A stretch of 64,000 nucleotides of DNA, from NCBI GenBank assembly GCA_038064195.1, contig JBBTTO010000002.1, positions 630,615-694,614 of the forward strand, given 5' to 3'. The notes under the pieces were generated by a model. The model was not told the DNA's origin and did no database searches. It saw only the letters and a program-made list of their open reading frames with translations. A program made the position numbers and the translations under genes. This document shows, one piece after another, positions 41,142 to 51,170 of the stretch (within the stretch, counting starts at the first letter, position 1; every line of letters starts with the position of its first letter). The stretch comes from Patescibacteria group bacterium (GTDB lineage: Bacteria > Patescibacteriota > Microgenomatia > Levybacterales > UBA12049).

Positions 41142-41745
41142 CGAAGAAAAGCTACTTCTTAAAAGTGGCTATCATAGTATAGCCGGTATTGACGAAGTCG
41201 GCAGGGGAGCTTTTGCCGGGCCTTTAGTCACAGCAGCAGTCATTTTTCAAGACAATTATTCCTTCAGAGATCCTGACCTCTATACAATTAACGATTCAAA
41301 AGTTCTTAGTCCCAGACAGCGAGAGAATTTAAGCGAAAAAATTAAAAAGGAAGCGCTTTGTTATAGCATCGCTGAGATCCCTGTTAACTACATTAATCAC
41401 TACGGAATCGGTAAGGCAGCACAACTTGGTTTTTATAAGGCTGCTCAAACTCTTTGCCATCAACCTGACTTCTGTCTTATTGATGCTTTTCCTATCTCTA
41501 GACTCAAAAAGTCAATACAAAAAGCAATAATTCACGGCGACTCTATATCTTATTCAATTGCAGCAGCCTCAATAATCGCCAAAGTGTATAGAGATAGCCT
41601 GATGCGAAAAATTCACTGTGATTATAGAGAGTATGACTTTGCCACCAATAAAGGCTACGGCACTCTCAAGCATCGGCAGCAAATCAAAAAACACGGCTTA
41701 TCTCCTGTGCACAGAACTTCTTTTAGCCTCAACAAATTTCTCTAG
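41119..41745 (+). CDS. rnhB: Ribonuclease HII
   Basis: GIDEVGRG-AGP, DSK, IDA, SIAAASIIAKV, NKGYGT; GTG start approximate. Confidence 0.95.
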   Translation: MKQKPSFNEEKLLLKSGYHSIAGIDEVGRGAFAGPLVTAAVIFQDNYSFRDPDLYTINDSKVLSPRQRENLSEKIKKEALCYSIAEIPVNYINHYGIGKAAQLGFYKAAQTLCHQPDFCLIDAFPISRLKKSIQKAIIHGDSISYSIAAASIIAKVYRDSLMRKIHCDYREYDFATNKGYGTLKHRQQIKKHGLSPVHRTSFSLNKFL

Positions 41746-41825
41746 CACGAACCGCTTGACAACCCGGTTGAGCCGGGTCTACGATCAATTTATACGGTAG
41801 CTTGTAGAGAAGGGAGGTGATAGAT

Positions 41826-42227
41826 ATGGATTTTAAAAATATTCTCACTCCTCGCGGATTTTTGACTGTTGGTGGTGTAATCCTCGTTCTTGTCGGTGTT
41901 CTCGGTATGGTCGGAGTTATCGGCCCGACCCCTGATAAAAGTCTTTTCGGTGCTTTCTGGTGGTTTGACAGCGCTGAAAATGTAGCTCATCTTGTTTTGG
42001 GAATTGTCGCTCTCGCGGCAGTTTACCTCATCAAAGATGCAGGGGTACATAAGCTGCTTGTCATTCTTGTCGGGCTTCTCGGTCTTGTTGTCGGTCTCTA
42101 TAACTTAATGGGGGACAACACAATGCTCCTTGGTGCCAGCCTGGAATCTCCGGCAGACTTGGTCCTTCACTTAGCAATAGGTGTATGGGGTCTTTACGCC
42201 GGCCTTATGGGATCAAAAACGGCATAA
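41826..42227 (+). CDS. DUF4383-like membrane protein
   Basis: Four TM helices with N-x-x-HL and D-x-x-HL motifs; GGGAGGTGA RBS. Confidence 0.7.
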   Translation: MDFKNILTPRGFLTVGGVILVLVGVLGMVGVIGPTPDKSLFGAFWWFDSAENVAHLVLGIVALAAVYLIKDAGVHKLLVILVGLLGLVVGLYNLMGDNTMLLGASLESPADLVLHLAIGVWGLYAGLMGSKTA

Positions 42228-42245
42228 TGCCGTGATCTCTTTTCA

Positions 42246-42279
42246 TCATGAGTCTCGCCCACCGGTCGAGGCTCATTGA
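42246..42279 (+). terminator. Possible intrinsic terminator
   Basis: ATGAGTCTCG...CGAGGCTCAT stem followed by T-run. Confidence 0.5.
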
Positions 42280-42355
42280 TTTTTCAATTTCTGAAAGGAT
42301 TTTATAAGGTTAGCATCAAGCTTGTCTCCCCAAGGAATACTAGAATAGCTTTAGT

Positions 42356-42556
42356 ATGAATCATGAATTTTCACCAACCACTATAAGAGAGGATGAATTC
42401 TACAAAAGATTCAGGGGGTTTGTAGAGGTCAAATATGGATGCCGGCAAGTTCCTAACCTACAAGGTGAAATACCTGTTAATTCCTTAGAAAGACTGCCGC
42501 AATCAGACTTTAAAGCTCCAGCTCCCGAAGAAACTTTTTCAGCCTATTATCACTAA
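42356..42556 (+). CDS. Short hypothetical ORF or truncated remnant
   Basis: TAGAAT just upstream; 3' end overlaps the convergent gene by 47 bp. Confidence 0.3.
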   Translation: MNHEFSPTTIREDEFYKRFRGFVEVKYGCRQVPNLQGEIPVNSLERLPQSDFKAPAPEETFSAYYH

Positions 42557-43085
42557 TAGACTTCTCCTTTGCATAGCTAAAGAGAATAACCCGCTGCTTC
42601 TCGGCAATAAGCTTAGCCAAAGCCAGTTTTTTTATCTGCAGGATATTGGGGGACACTTGCTTGATTTCATAGAGGAAGGAGATCAGATCACAGATCTTCA
42701 GATCGACCTCACAGTCCTCATTCCATTTAACTCTGAGGGCCTTGATGATCTTACTTTGAATAGCGTCCAGGTCTTTTTTTACTTGAGCTGCTTTAAACAT
42801 CGGCAGTATGTCACCGGTTACTGACTCATGGATATCGTGGAGAAGGGCATGGGTTACCAGCTCATTTGTCCTCTCAGGTGTGAATTTGTTAAAGCGTGCC
42901 CAGTAAAGCGCGATGAAAGCTGTAGCGACAGAGTGCATTCCGACATTCCACCCGCCTCCGAAGCCGCTCACGCCAAACGCGCGGGGGATATTAAAGATAT
43001 TCATCAAAAAATCGAGATTGGGATTTTTCTCAACGTGTGAAAGAAGGCCTTGAGGAGTAAAGATGTCTGAGGATTTGTATTTCAC
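42510..43085 (-). CDS. HD domain protein (YfbR/YedJ-like)
   Basis: HS, LLHDIHESVTGDI, K-CD motifs. Confidence 0.8.
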   Translation of the reverse strand: MKYKSSDIFTPQGLLSHVEKNPNLDFLMNIFNIPRAFGVSGFGGGWNVGMHSVATAFIALYWARFNKFTPERTNELVTHALLHDIHESVTGDILPMFKAAQVKKDLDAIQSKIIKALRVKWNEDCEVDLKICDLISFLYEIKQVSPNILQIKKLALAKLIAEKQRVILFSYAKEKSISDNRLKKFLRELEL

Positions 43086-43150
43086 ATCTGTGATTAAACA
43101 ATAGACTGCTTAAGAATGCAACATGTGTGCTGATTTGCTAAAATCAAGTC

Positions 43151-43696
43151 ATGACTCTAAAACCGTTTGTCATTAAAAACGAAAGAGAAACGGCTACTAA
43201 CAACCCCCATCTTGCAGTTGTCGATGCAACACTCATTACTCCAACCAGTAAAGAAGTTACCTGGAGCTATATCAAGACCAACGTTGCTGTTGGGATTCTT
43301 GCCATGGACTCAGATCAAAATGTCTACCTAAAACGGGAATGGCGACTTAACCAAAAATCATTTGTTTGGGAGTTACCGGCCGGATTTGTAGAAGAGGAGA
43401 ATCCGACAGAAGAACAGATACGATCAGCTGCGAATAGAGAACTGCAAGAAGAAGTTGGTATAAAGGCCAAAACGCTTGAAAAACTAGTGACTTTCTATCC
43501 ATCCAACCATATGTCGATGATTGCGCATATATATCTAGGGACTAATCTTAAAGAATCAACACTTGAACCTGATGAGCACGAGTATTTGGAGGTTAAAAAA
43601 CTTCCGATCCGTGAAGCTTATCAACTTGTTACAACTAACCAGATCCCAACCGCCCTGACCCTACTGGCATTTGAAACGATGCTTAAACTTAGGTGA
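43151..43696 (+). CDS. NUDIX hydrolase (ADP-ribose pyrophosphatase-like)
   Basis: WELPAG...ANRELQEEVG Nudix box. Confidence 0.9.
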   Translation: MTLKPFVIKNERETATNNPHLAVVDATLITPTSKEVTWSYIKTNVAVGILAMDSDQNVYLKREWRLNQKSFVWELPAGFVEEENPTEEQIRSAANRELQEEVGIKAKTLEKLVTFYPSNHMSMIAHIYLGTNLKESTLEPDEHEYLEVKKLPIREAYQLVTTNQIPTALTLLAFETMLKLR

Positions 43697-43765
43697 GCCT
43701 GGAAGGATTTGAACCTTCAACCAATACCTTAAGAGGGTACTGCTCTACCGTTGAGCTACAGGCCC
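43694..43765 (-). tRNA. tRNA-Lys(CTT)
   Basis: GGGCCTG...CAGGCTC-A, anticodon arm GTACC-CTCTTAA-GGTAT. Confidence 0.93.
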
Positions 43766-43851
43766 GCGTAAAATCACTTGGAACGTTCTACGTTCCTGCG
43801 CTCACACGCGGTGAACCGACAAAACTATTATGCTCGTCACGCGGCAAGCCA

Positions 43852-44118
43852 TTATTTTACATTACTTTTAATATAAATGCTTAGTTGTTTGTTTAAGAAC
43901 CTTCTTCCAGACCCACTTTTTAAAAAGCTTTCTCTTCCTGTGGCATCCTCTCTCAACAGGTATGCCTCGTAGTAAATGACCCTCCATGGCCTATATGGCT
44001 TAGTTGATATAACCAAGCCAGAGTTATGTTTTTCAAGTCTCTTATAAACATCATCTGGTGTATATCCTATATACCATTTCCCAGTATTTATGCTTTCCAG
44101 TAAATAAACAAAATACAT
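43852..44118 (-). CDS. Small GIY-YIG nuclease
   Basis: YFVY...YIGYT...RL-KHN, RE-FLKSGSGR. Confidence 0.9.
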   Translation of the reverse strand: MYFVYLLESINTGKWYIGYTPDDVYKRLEKHNSGLVISTKPYRPWRVIYYEAYLLREDATGRESFLKSGSGRRFLNKQLSIYIKSNVK

Positions 44119-44175
44119 TTAAACTAGCTTGCAACGTGACCGATCGAACTAAATTTTCTGATCGGTTTTACGTTG

Positions 44176-44249
44176 TACGCCTGGAGGGACTTGAACCCCC
44201 GACCCCTTCGTCCGAAGCGAAGTGCTCTAATCCGCTGAGCTACAGGCGC
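44176..44249 (-). tRNA. tRNA-Arg(TCG)
   Basis: GCGCCTG...CAGGCGT-A, anticodon arm CTTCG-CTTCGGA-CGAAG. Confidence 0.92.
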
Positions 44250-44379
44250 GCGTGAACTCCTCGCTCATTGTAGCAAACTGAGCCTCGCAGAGCAATTAAT
44301 GCATCCTTTCCTACTGGACAATCGAGCTTTTTTCTTCATATACTTTACGAGGCGTTTGTGCCAATAGAATTTCTTCGTT

Positions 44380-45558
44380 ATGAATAAGATCATTGGTATA
44401 ATTTGTTTAACACTCTTTGGATCAGCTCTACTTTTTTCCTACAATCATAAATTGCAACAACCCAAGCTTATTCCCCTTGAGATTTCACCTCAAACAACCA
44501 CCTCCACACAAAAACCAAGAGGGGGAATACTACCTTTTCCTTTAACTGTCCCTAGTGGTTTTCATATAGGACTTTTTGCTGAGGGATTGGGTACCGCAAG
44601 AGACCTCGAGTTTACATCAGGAGGGACACTTTTGGTCTCAGATCCAAATGCTAACACTATCACCGCCTTAAAAGATAACGATGGAGATGGCCAAGCCGAC
44701 ATCAAGAGGGTTATTATCAGTGGCAGGAACGTTGTTCATGGAGTAGCTTTCCATAATGGACAGCTTTATGTCGCTGAGAAAAACAGCGTTGAGCTTTACT
44801 CCTGGGATGAATCCTCAATGCAAGCCACTCGTAACAAAACTGTAGTGACTTATCCGGGGAGTACTAATCACGTTAACCGAACATTAGTTTTTGGCGCTGA
44901 TAACAGAATGTATATCAACTTGGGCTCAACCTGCAACGTTTGTATTGAGAAAAACGCTGAAGAAGGAGCGATACTTGTTGCAAATACTGACGGCTCAGAC
45001 CTGCATATTTTTGCCAAAGGACAACGCAATGCGCCTTTTTTAGCCATTAACCCAATTACTCACCAACTATGGGCAACAGGGATGGGGGGAGACTATCTGG
45101 GTGATAACATACCCCCTGATGAAATTAATATCATTGAGGAAGGTAAGGATTATGGCTGGCCAATCTGTTATGGAGACAAAATTCATGATACTAGCTTTGA
45201 TAAAAAAGTATATCTCAGTGATCCTTGTCGCACCACTATCCCTCCGATTTACCAAATTGCAGCCCACGCTGCTCCTTTAGGACTGGCTTTTGTCCCGAGT
45301 ACTTTCAATACGAGCTGGACGAATGATTTAGTTGTTGCATATCATGGGTCGTGGAATCGCTCAATTCCGATCGGCTACAAAGTTGTCCTTATGAGAGTCA
45401 AAGGAGAATCAATAGGGGGTGAAGAGGACTTAGTTACAGGTTTTCTCAAAGATTCAGTAACCAGAGGCCGGCCGGTTGACGTAATTTTTGATAAAAATGG
45501 CAATTTGTATATCTCAGACGACAAAAGCGGAAATATTTATATTGTTTCATATAACTGA
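44380..45558 (+). CDS. PQQ-dependent sugar/sorbosone dehydrogenase family
   Basis: GSTCNVC, GQRNA, YGWP, HAAPLG, HGSWNR, GRPVD. Confidence 0.88.
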   Translation: MNKIIGIICLTLFGSALLFSYNHKLQQPKLIPLEISPQTTTSTQKPRGGILPFPLTVPSGFHIGLFAEGLGTARDLEFTSGGTLLVSDPNANTITALKDNDGDGQADIKRVIISGRNVVHGVAFHNGQLYVAEKNSVELYSWDESSMQATRNKTVVTYPGSTNHVNRTLVFGADNRMYINLGSTCNVCIEKNAEEGAILVANTDGSDLHIFAKGQRNAPFLAINPITHQLWATGMGGDYLGDNIPPDEINIIEEGKDYGWPICYGDKIHDTSFDKKVYLSDPCRTTIPPIYQIAAHAAPLGLAFVPSTFNTSWTNDLVVAYHGSWNRSIPIGYKVVLMRVKGESIGGEEDLVTGFLKDSVTRGRPVDVIFDKNGNLYISDDKSGNIYIVSYN

Positions 45559-45637
45559 GTCTCTACCTGTATTTTGCATCTTTTATACCTTTTGATATAC
45601 AATATCTCTATCCCTGGGAGAATCTGTCCTCAATCAT

Positions 45638-46219
45638 ATGGAAAAAGTCAAACTTCTTGTTAAAAAAGCCCGCTATTCATATAGAGGCTTGCCGGATAAA
45701 AAGCAGTACGTTGAGTTCTTTACAGCCGTTCTTACCGTACCTGTTCTGCTGACTGTAATTATCCTTAACTTAAATAACCTTCGCGCTAATAATAAAGCGA
45801 ATCAGCCGACTCCCACGCCAGTTCCTGTCAAAACAATTGTCGTTACCGTACCGGTTGCTAACCCCAGTAATAATTCCGCTACAAACCAAACACAACCCTC
45901 GCCTGAGGCGTGCAAAAAAGACATCGGACCGGTAAGTATTGATTTCCCTGAAGAAAAAGACGTGGTCACAGACAATCCTGTCCAAGTCGATATCAACTAC
46001 CTGCAAGGGACATATTGTGCGGTTGTTTGGGCATATAATGTTAACGGCGGTAAATTTTCGGACTTTGACGATAAGTCGATTGCTTTGTATAACCCTCCTC
46101 AGGGTGCAATTACGCTCCAGCTTAAAGTTAAAAGCATTGTGACTGGTGAACAAAAAGTTTTGACACGAACTTTTACTTACTCGGGATCGGGGAACACCGC
46201 CACATCATCTGCCCAATAA
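45638..46219 (+). CDS. Hypothetical membrane-anchored protein
   Basis: TM helix, Pro/Thr linker, beta-rich C-terminus. Confidence 0.75.
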   Translation: MEKVKLLVKKARYSYRGLPDKKQYVEFFTAVLTVPVLLTVIILNLNNLRANNKANQPTPTPVPVKTIVVTVPVANPSNNSATNQTQPSPEACKKDIGPVSIDFPEEKDVVTDNPVQVDINYLQGTYCAVVWAYNVNGGKFSDFDDKSIALYNPPQGAITLQLKVKSIVTGEQKVLTRTFTYSGSGNTATSSAQ

Positions 46220-46220
46220 C

Positions 46221-48605
46221 ATGCCTAGAAATCTCCGCTCATTCCTTACATTTATTTTCGGATGGCCGCTTTCTCTCATTGCCCTTTTTTTCCTGGCAAA
46301 ATCTTTTTTACCCCACCTCAGCACACTCTCCCAAACAGTACTCCATCCTAACTGGATCTCGCTCTCTCTAGGATTTTTCTGTTTTGTCGGTTATTTTTAT
46401 GTGAGAAGCTTTATCTGGTACAAGCTGCTTTATCTACGGGGGCACGACCTTGATGCTACTGAATCACTTTTTCAGTGGTCCTTTGCCCAACTGAGAAGAT
46501 ACATCCCGGGGAATATCTGGGGGGTCGTTGGAGTCTCACTCCATTTTGAGAAAAAAAACGTATCCCGTAAAGATATTGCCGCCTCTGTTGTGACCGAGTC
46601 ACAACTGGTACTAATAGCGGCAGCCTTCCTCTCACTTTTTAGCCTTCCGCTTGTCATACAACTTGCTCCACTACCACAAATGCTGCTTACGCCTATTAGT
46701 ATTACCGTAATTATGGGTTCTTTGATTTATTTTTTCTCTAAATCAATACTTAAGAAGATTAGTTTTTCTTCAAAAATCACATCTTTTCTCTTTCCGTCGT
46801 TTTCTTTCGAGAAAATTTTATCTTTATGGCTGCTCATGATCATAGCCTTACTCGCATACGGGATCGGGACTTATTTTATTGTTACCAGCTTTACCTATCT
46901 TACTCCGCTTATGTTCTGGGCCTTTGTCGGCTACTTTGTCCTGAGCTTACTCGCCGGCTTTGTTTCCTTTATTACACCAACCGGACTGGGAGTGCGGGAA
47001 GGTGCAATAGCTCTCGGATTGGGGACCGTTATGTCTTCATCACTTGCAGCTTTTATCGCGATTGCAGCCAGAGGAGTGCTTATACTAAGTGAGCTTTTTG
47101 CCATAGGCATTATGTATTTTTTTCATAGGTTCAAAAGCCGACTCCTCCTGCGATGTATCCATTATTTGACAACGTACTCTCATAAGACAGTTCTGCTCTT
47201 CGCGTATGGTTTATTCGCAGGTTATTTTTCCTGGATCAGCATACTGCGCTTTGACAACTACTATGCCGGGAGATTTGATTTGGGGAATATGGAGCAGACT
47301 ATCTGGAATACGCTTCATGGCCACATTTTCGAATTTACCAACCCGAATGGTACTACCATAGTCTCACGACTTGCTTTTCATGCTGACTTTATCTTAGTAC
47401 TCCTGGCACCAATATACGCTCTCTGGCAGGATCCCCGGCTACTTCTTTTAATACAAACAGCTATTTTAGGACTGGGAGCTTTTTTTGTCTATGGATTGTC
47501 TACCTTAGTAACTAAGAACAAAAACGTCTCATTAGTCATATCTTTACTGTATCTTCTCAATCCGAGCCTTGAAAGAGCTGTCATCTACGATTTCCACGCT
47601 GTAACACTGGCAACGACATTTCTTCTCGGAGCTTTTTACTTCATGTACCAAAAAAAATATATCTGGTTCGTGCTTCTGGCAATTTTGGCAGGAATATGTA
47701 AAGAAGAGATTTGGGCAATAGACGCGCTTTTCGGATTGTATATCCTTGTATTCCAAAAGAAAAAAATGCTTGGGAGTACTGTGTTTGCGGGTTCAGTGTT
47801 AATTCTTTATACTCTCATCTGGAAAATTATACCCCAGGCAGCGGGCAGTCAGCACTTCGCTCTGTCTTACTATTCTAACGGGGAAGTGACTGACAGTCCG
47901 ACCAGCCTTATCAAACTCTTTCTTTTCTCACCCCTTAAGACTCTGTCACTCTTGATGGATTCAGCCCGCCTGATGTATCTTAACCAGCTTCTTTTGCCCA
48001 TCGGCTACCTGGGACTTTTAGCTCCGCTTTTTCTTATCTTTGCTTCACCTGATCTCGTAATCAATCTCTTGAGTTCAAAAGCAGAGCTACACCAGATCTA
48101 CTATCAATACTCATCAGCTATCACGCCCTTTCTTTTCATTTCTACAATTTTCGGAGCTGCTTTCGTACTTAAAAGATTAAAAAAAATCCCTGAAATCGTA
48201 CTCCTTGCCTATTTGGTCTGCGCAGGTTTGTATTCTGCATATCTTTACGGCCCGTTGCCCGGAGCAAAATCACCTAATCTTGATATGATCACTAAGCCCA
48301 TGCCGGATCGAATAACCATCAACAGACTATTAGGAGCTATCCCTTCTCAGTACTCAGTCTCCACCAGTAATAGCCTTGGTTCACACGTCACTCACAGGCA
48401 GTATCTCTTCACTATGCCATATGGCTGGGATAAAGCTGATTATATTATCTTTCTTATGAATGAGACCAATGCTTATCCCTCTCCCCAAGACCACAAAAAG
48501 CAAGCCGAAATTCTCTCCCGTAACCCTGAGTACACCAAGTACTACGACGACGGAAATGTTAAAGCTTTTCGCAAAAAGACCATCACCGCTCCGACCGGCC
48601 TCTGA
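46221..48605 (+). CDS. Fusion of flippase-like (LPG synthase TM) and DUF2079 GT-C-like domains
   Basis: RYIPG and TPTGLGVRE in N-half; FDLG, H, DFH, KEE, YQY in C-half. Confidence 0.75.
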   Translation: MPRNLRSFLTFIFGWPLSLIALFFLAKSFLPHLSTLSQTVLHPNWISLSLGFFCFVGYFYVRSFIWYKLLYLRGHDLDATESLFQWSFAQLRRYIPGNIWGVVGVSLHFEKKNVSRKDIAASVVTESQLVLIAAAFLSLFSLPLVIQLAPLPQMLLTPISITVIMGSLIYFFSKSILKKISFSSKITSFLFPSFSFEKILSLWLLMIIALLAYGIGTYFIVTSFTYLTPLMFWAFVGYFVLSLLAGFVSFITPTGLGVREGAIALGLGTVMSSSLAAFIAIAARGVLILSELFAIGIMYFFHRFKSRLLLRCIHYLTTYSHKTVLLFAYGLFAGYFSWISILRFDNYYAGRFDLGNMEQTIWNTLHGHIFEFTNPNGTTIVSRLAFHADFILVLLAPIYALWQDPRLLLLIQTAILGLGAFFVYGLSTLVTKNKNVSLVISLLYLLNPSLERAVIYDFHAVTLATTFLLGAFYFMYQKKYIWFVLLAILAGICKEEIWAIDALFGLYILVFQKKKMLGSTVFAGSVLILYTLIWKIIPQAAGSQHFALSYYSNGEVTDSPTSLIKLFLFSPLKTLSLLMDSARLMYLNQLLLPIGYLGLLAPLFLIFASPDLVINLLSSKAELHQIYYQYSSAITPFLFISTIFGAAFVLKRLKKIPEIVLLAYLVCAGLYSAYLYGPLPGAKSPNLDMITKPMPDRITINRLLGAIPSQYSVSTSNSLGSHVTHRQYLFTMPYGWDKADYIIFLMNETNAYPSPQDHKKQAEILSRNPEYTKYYDDGNVKAFRKKTITAPTGL

Positions 48606-48644
48606 CTCTTGTACATTAAGTCAGATCTTAGGTATGATAGATCT

Positions 48645-49472
48645 ATGCTTAATGTCATAAAAGCAGACGGTACGATTGAACCATATAGTGAGGAAAAGGT
48701 TAAAAACTCTATTAAAAGAGCGGGAGTATCACCTGAACTCCAGACAAAAGTGCTGTCTGACATTAAAGCAAAACTTTACGATAATATCCCGACCTATGAT
48801 ATCTATGGACTGATCACCAGTGCCCTCTCTCACTCCCCGGAGCCGTACAGTAAAGCCCGCTATAGTCTCAAACAAGCCATCATGCTCCTGGGTCCGACAG
48901 GGTATCCATTTGAGGATTTTGTTGCCCGGGTTTTTGAGGAGCACGGGTACCAAACCCAAACCAGACTCATCCTTAACGGACGATGTGTTACCCATGAAAT
49001 CGATGTACTAGCCGAAAAGGACGGTAAAAAAAGCATGGTTGAGGCAAAATTTCATAACAATCCGGGGACGCGTTCAGAAGTCCAGGTTGCTCTCTATGTT
49101 AAAGCACGCTTTGATGATGTGAAAGACAGGTACTCATTTGATGAGGCCTGGATTGTTACCAACACCAAAACGACCATGGATGCCAATTCTTACGCCGAGT
49201 GCAACAATATGAAAGTTATCAGCTGGAATTTTCCTGAAGGAGGAAGCCTGAGAGACCTTATCGAGTCAAGAGAGCTACACCCCGTTACTCTGTTAACAAC
49301 CCTGAACGCCAAACAAAAAGCTCACCTTTTGGCTAATCATACTATTTTGTGCAAAGATCTTAAAAAAAATCCGCAATTACTTGACGTATTAGGCCTGTCT
49401 CATGAGGAAAAGGAGCAGACCACATCTGAAGTGGCCTATATCTGCCAAAACACTCACCACCACGCCCCCTAA
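48645..49472 (+). CDS. ATP-cone plus Mrr-like restriction endonuclease domain protein
   Basis: VIKADG ATP-cone; GYPFE, EIDV, EAKFH, VTN. Confidence 0.85.
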   Translation: MLNVIKADGTIEPYSEEKVKNSIKRAGVSPELQTKVLSDIKAKLYDNIPTYDIYGLITSALSHSPEPYSKARYSLKQAIMLLGPTGYPFEDFVARVFEEHGYQTQTRLILNGRCVTHEIDVLAEKDGKKSMVEAKFHNNPGTRSEVQVALYVKARFDDVKDRYSFDEAWIVTNTKTTMDANSYAECNNMKVISWNFPEGGSLRDLIESRELHPVTLLTTLNAKQKAHLLANHTILCKDLKKNPQLLDVLGLSHEEKEQTTSEVAYICQNTHHHAP

Positions 49473-49521
49473 TCCTACACACTCATGCAGCTTAACGGTA
49501 TTTTTCTTAGCCGGCAAGCTA

Positions 49522-50796
49522 TCAGACTGGATAGCCTGTTTTAGCTAATTTCATTCGCTCGAATTTATCAGCCATCCATCCGTTAGGTGTCGTCGTTAGT
49601 TTAGTCGCATAAACCAGAAAACCATTTCTGACGGTATGGTCACCGAACCTATCGTTAAGCGCGTCGACTACTTTGACAATTTTTTCCTTTTTACGATCTT
49701 CGGGAAGAAGAGTAAGCGGAAGATACTTATTATCCTCCAGTAATCCTGCCCAGACATTCAGCCGTCTGACATAGCCGACCGGTAAGCCTCCGTACTTTTG
49801 CTTAAGGATCTGCATACTCCAGTTAAAAAAGTCCGAGCCGGTATCACTGTATGTTTGCTGGGTAATATGACCATAAGCATTATACGCTCCGAAAATTCCT
49901 ATGCCTATGCTTCTGGCTTTTTTGTTAAGACGGCGCAATTTAAGCCCTATCTCCTCATATAGCTCATAGATGTTTTGCAAGACGATACGTTGATCATGCT
50001 GATTGGTAGCCAAACAATATTGTCTCCCGACAGACTTGACAGTCGGCTCCTGTGTATAAGGGAGGACAGGACGGGGATCGATACCTTGACCGACATCATA
50101 AAGGAAATGCCCTTCTACGTTACCGAACTCTGCTATTAAAAATGTCAAAGGAGCCCGGCGTAACTGCAATAAATTATAAATACCCATAAGCTGTAACCTG
50201 GCTTCAATCCTCGGGCCGATACCGCAGATATCCTGTAATGAGGCCGCGCTGTAGACACTCTCTAGCTGGCTTGGCTTGATAATGACCAGACCGTCAGGTT
50301 TTTTGAGGCCTGAGCCCAATTTAGCCAAAAGCTTGTTATATGAAGCACCTACTGAGACGGTGAGATAGTCACCCAACTCCGCTCGGACTCTTTTTTTAAT
50401 AGCAGCCACAAAATTTTCCACAGTGCCATAGAGATGGATACTGTAGGTAGCATCCATAAATAACTCATCAAGTGAAAAAACCTCGATAAAAGGCGAAAAA
50501 TCTTTGCAAATATCAATAAATTTTTTACTGATCTCCCAGTACTTCCAAAAATCAGCAGGAACAAGCTGAATAGTAGGGCAGATACGCAGCGCATCATACG
50601 TACGGGTAGCTGTGCCTATACCTAACCTCTTAGCTTCACGACTGGAAGCAATGATACAAGTCCTGCCATGAGTAGCAGTCACACCTATAGGTCTGTTACG
50701 AAGAAGGGGATTGCATTGTTGTTCACAGCTTGCAAAAAATGAGTCAAAATCAATATGGAGGATAGTACGTTTGGTTGAATTAGTTGCTTTCTCCAT
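49522..50796 (-). CDS. dinB: Y-family DNA polymerase IV
   Basis: HIDFDSFFASCE, SLDE, LAKL...KPDG, GIG; overlaps upstream ORF. Confidence 0.93.
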   Translation of the reverse strand: MEKATNSTKRTILHIDFDSFFASCEQQCNPLLRNRPIGVTATHGRTCIIASSREAKRLGIGTATRTYDALRICPTIQLVPADFWKYWEISKKFIDICKDFSPFIEVFSLDELFMDATYSIHLYGTVENFVAAIKKRVRAELGDYLTVSVGASYNKLLAKLGSGLKKPDGLVIIKPSQLESVYSAASLQDICGIGPRIEARLQLMGIYNLLQLRRAPLTFLIAEFGNVEGHFLYDVGQGIDPRPVLPYTQEPTVKSVGRQYCLATNQHDQRIVLQNIYELYEEIGLKLRRLNKKARSIGIGIFGAYNAYGHITQQTYSDTGSDFFNWSMQILKQKYGGLPVGYVRRLNVWAGLLEDNKYLPLTLLPEDRKKEKIVKVVDALNDRFGDHTVRNGFLVYATKLTTTPNGWMADKFERMKLAKTGYPV

Positions 50797-51028
50797 CAAA
50801 AGTATCCTCAAGTATCCAAAAGAGAGTAGTCGTGTTCAGACTCAGACGAAAATACAGATTACCAGCACTAACACTGAAGATATGGTAAAGAGTGCGGCCT
50901 GACTCACGAGTGTGATGATTACCGATCTTCGTAATTGTATAAATTCGGCTTCGCCATTTAAGCCGCCAAGGAAATGCTTTTGACTTTGTATGATCATAGA
51001 TAGTAATAACACTTACTTTTTCATTCAT
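50780..51028 (-). CDS. Small beta-rich protein of the lexA-dinB cassette
   Basis: 82 aa, P-x-x-x-x-W-x-x-R-x-Y...W-x-L pattern, overlaps dinB start. Confidence 0.7.
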   Translation of the reverse strand: MNEKVSVITIYDHTKSKAFPWRLKWRSRIYTITKIGNHHTRESGRTLYHIFSVSAGNLYFRLSLNTTTLFWILEDTFDGESN

Positions 51029-51033
51029 TATTA

Positions 51034-51164
51034 AAACTCGAATACCAAATATCGAAATCCGAAATAATACTCAAATCAGGATGTTTAAAATTCAAAACGT
51101 TTTTGTCATTTTTATTTAGAAAATTTGGATTTGTTTCGGGTTTCGTATTTCGTGCTTCGAATTT
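51034..51164. repeat. Heptamer-periodic inverted repeat (CGAAAT/ATTTCG type)
   Basis: CGAATAC-CAAATAT-CGAAATC-CGAAATA versus TTTCGGG-TTTCGTA-TTTCGTG-CTTCGAA arms. Confidence 0.75.
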
Positions 51165-51170
51165 AGCTAG

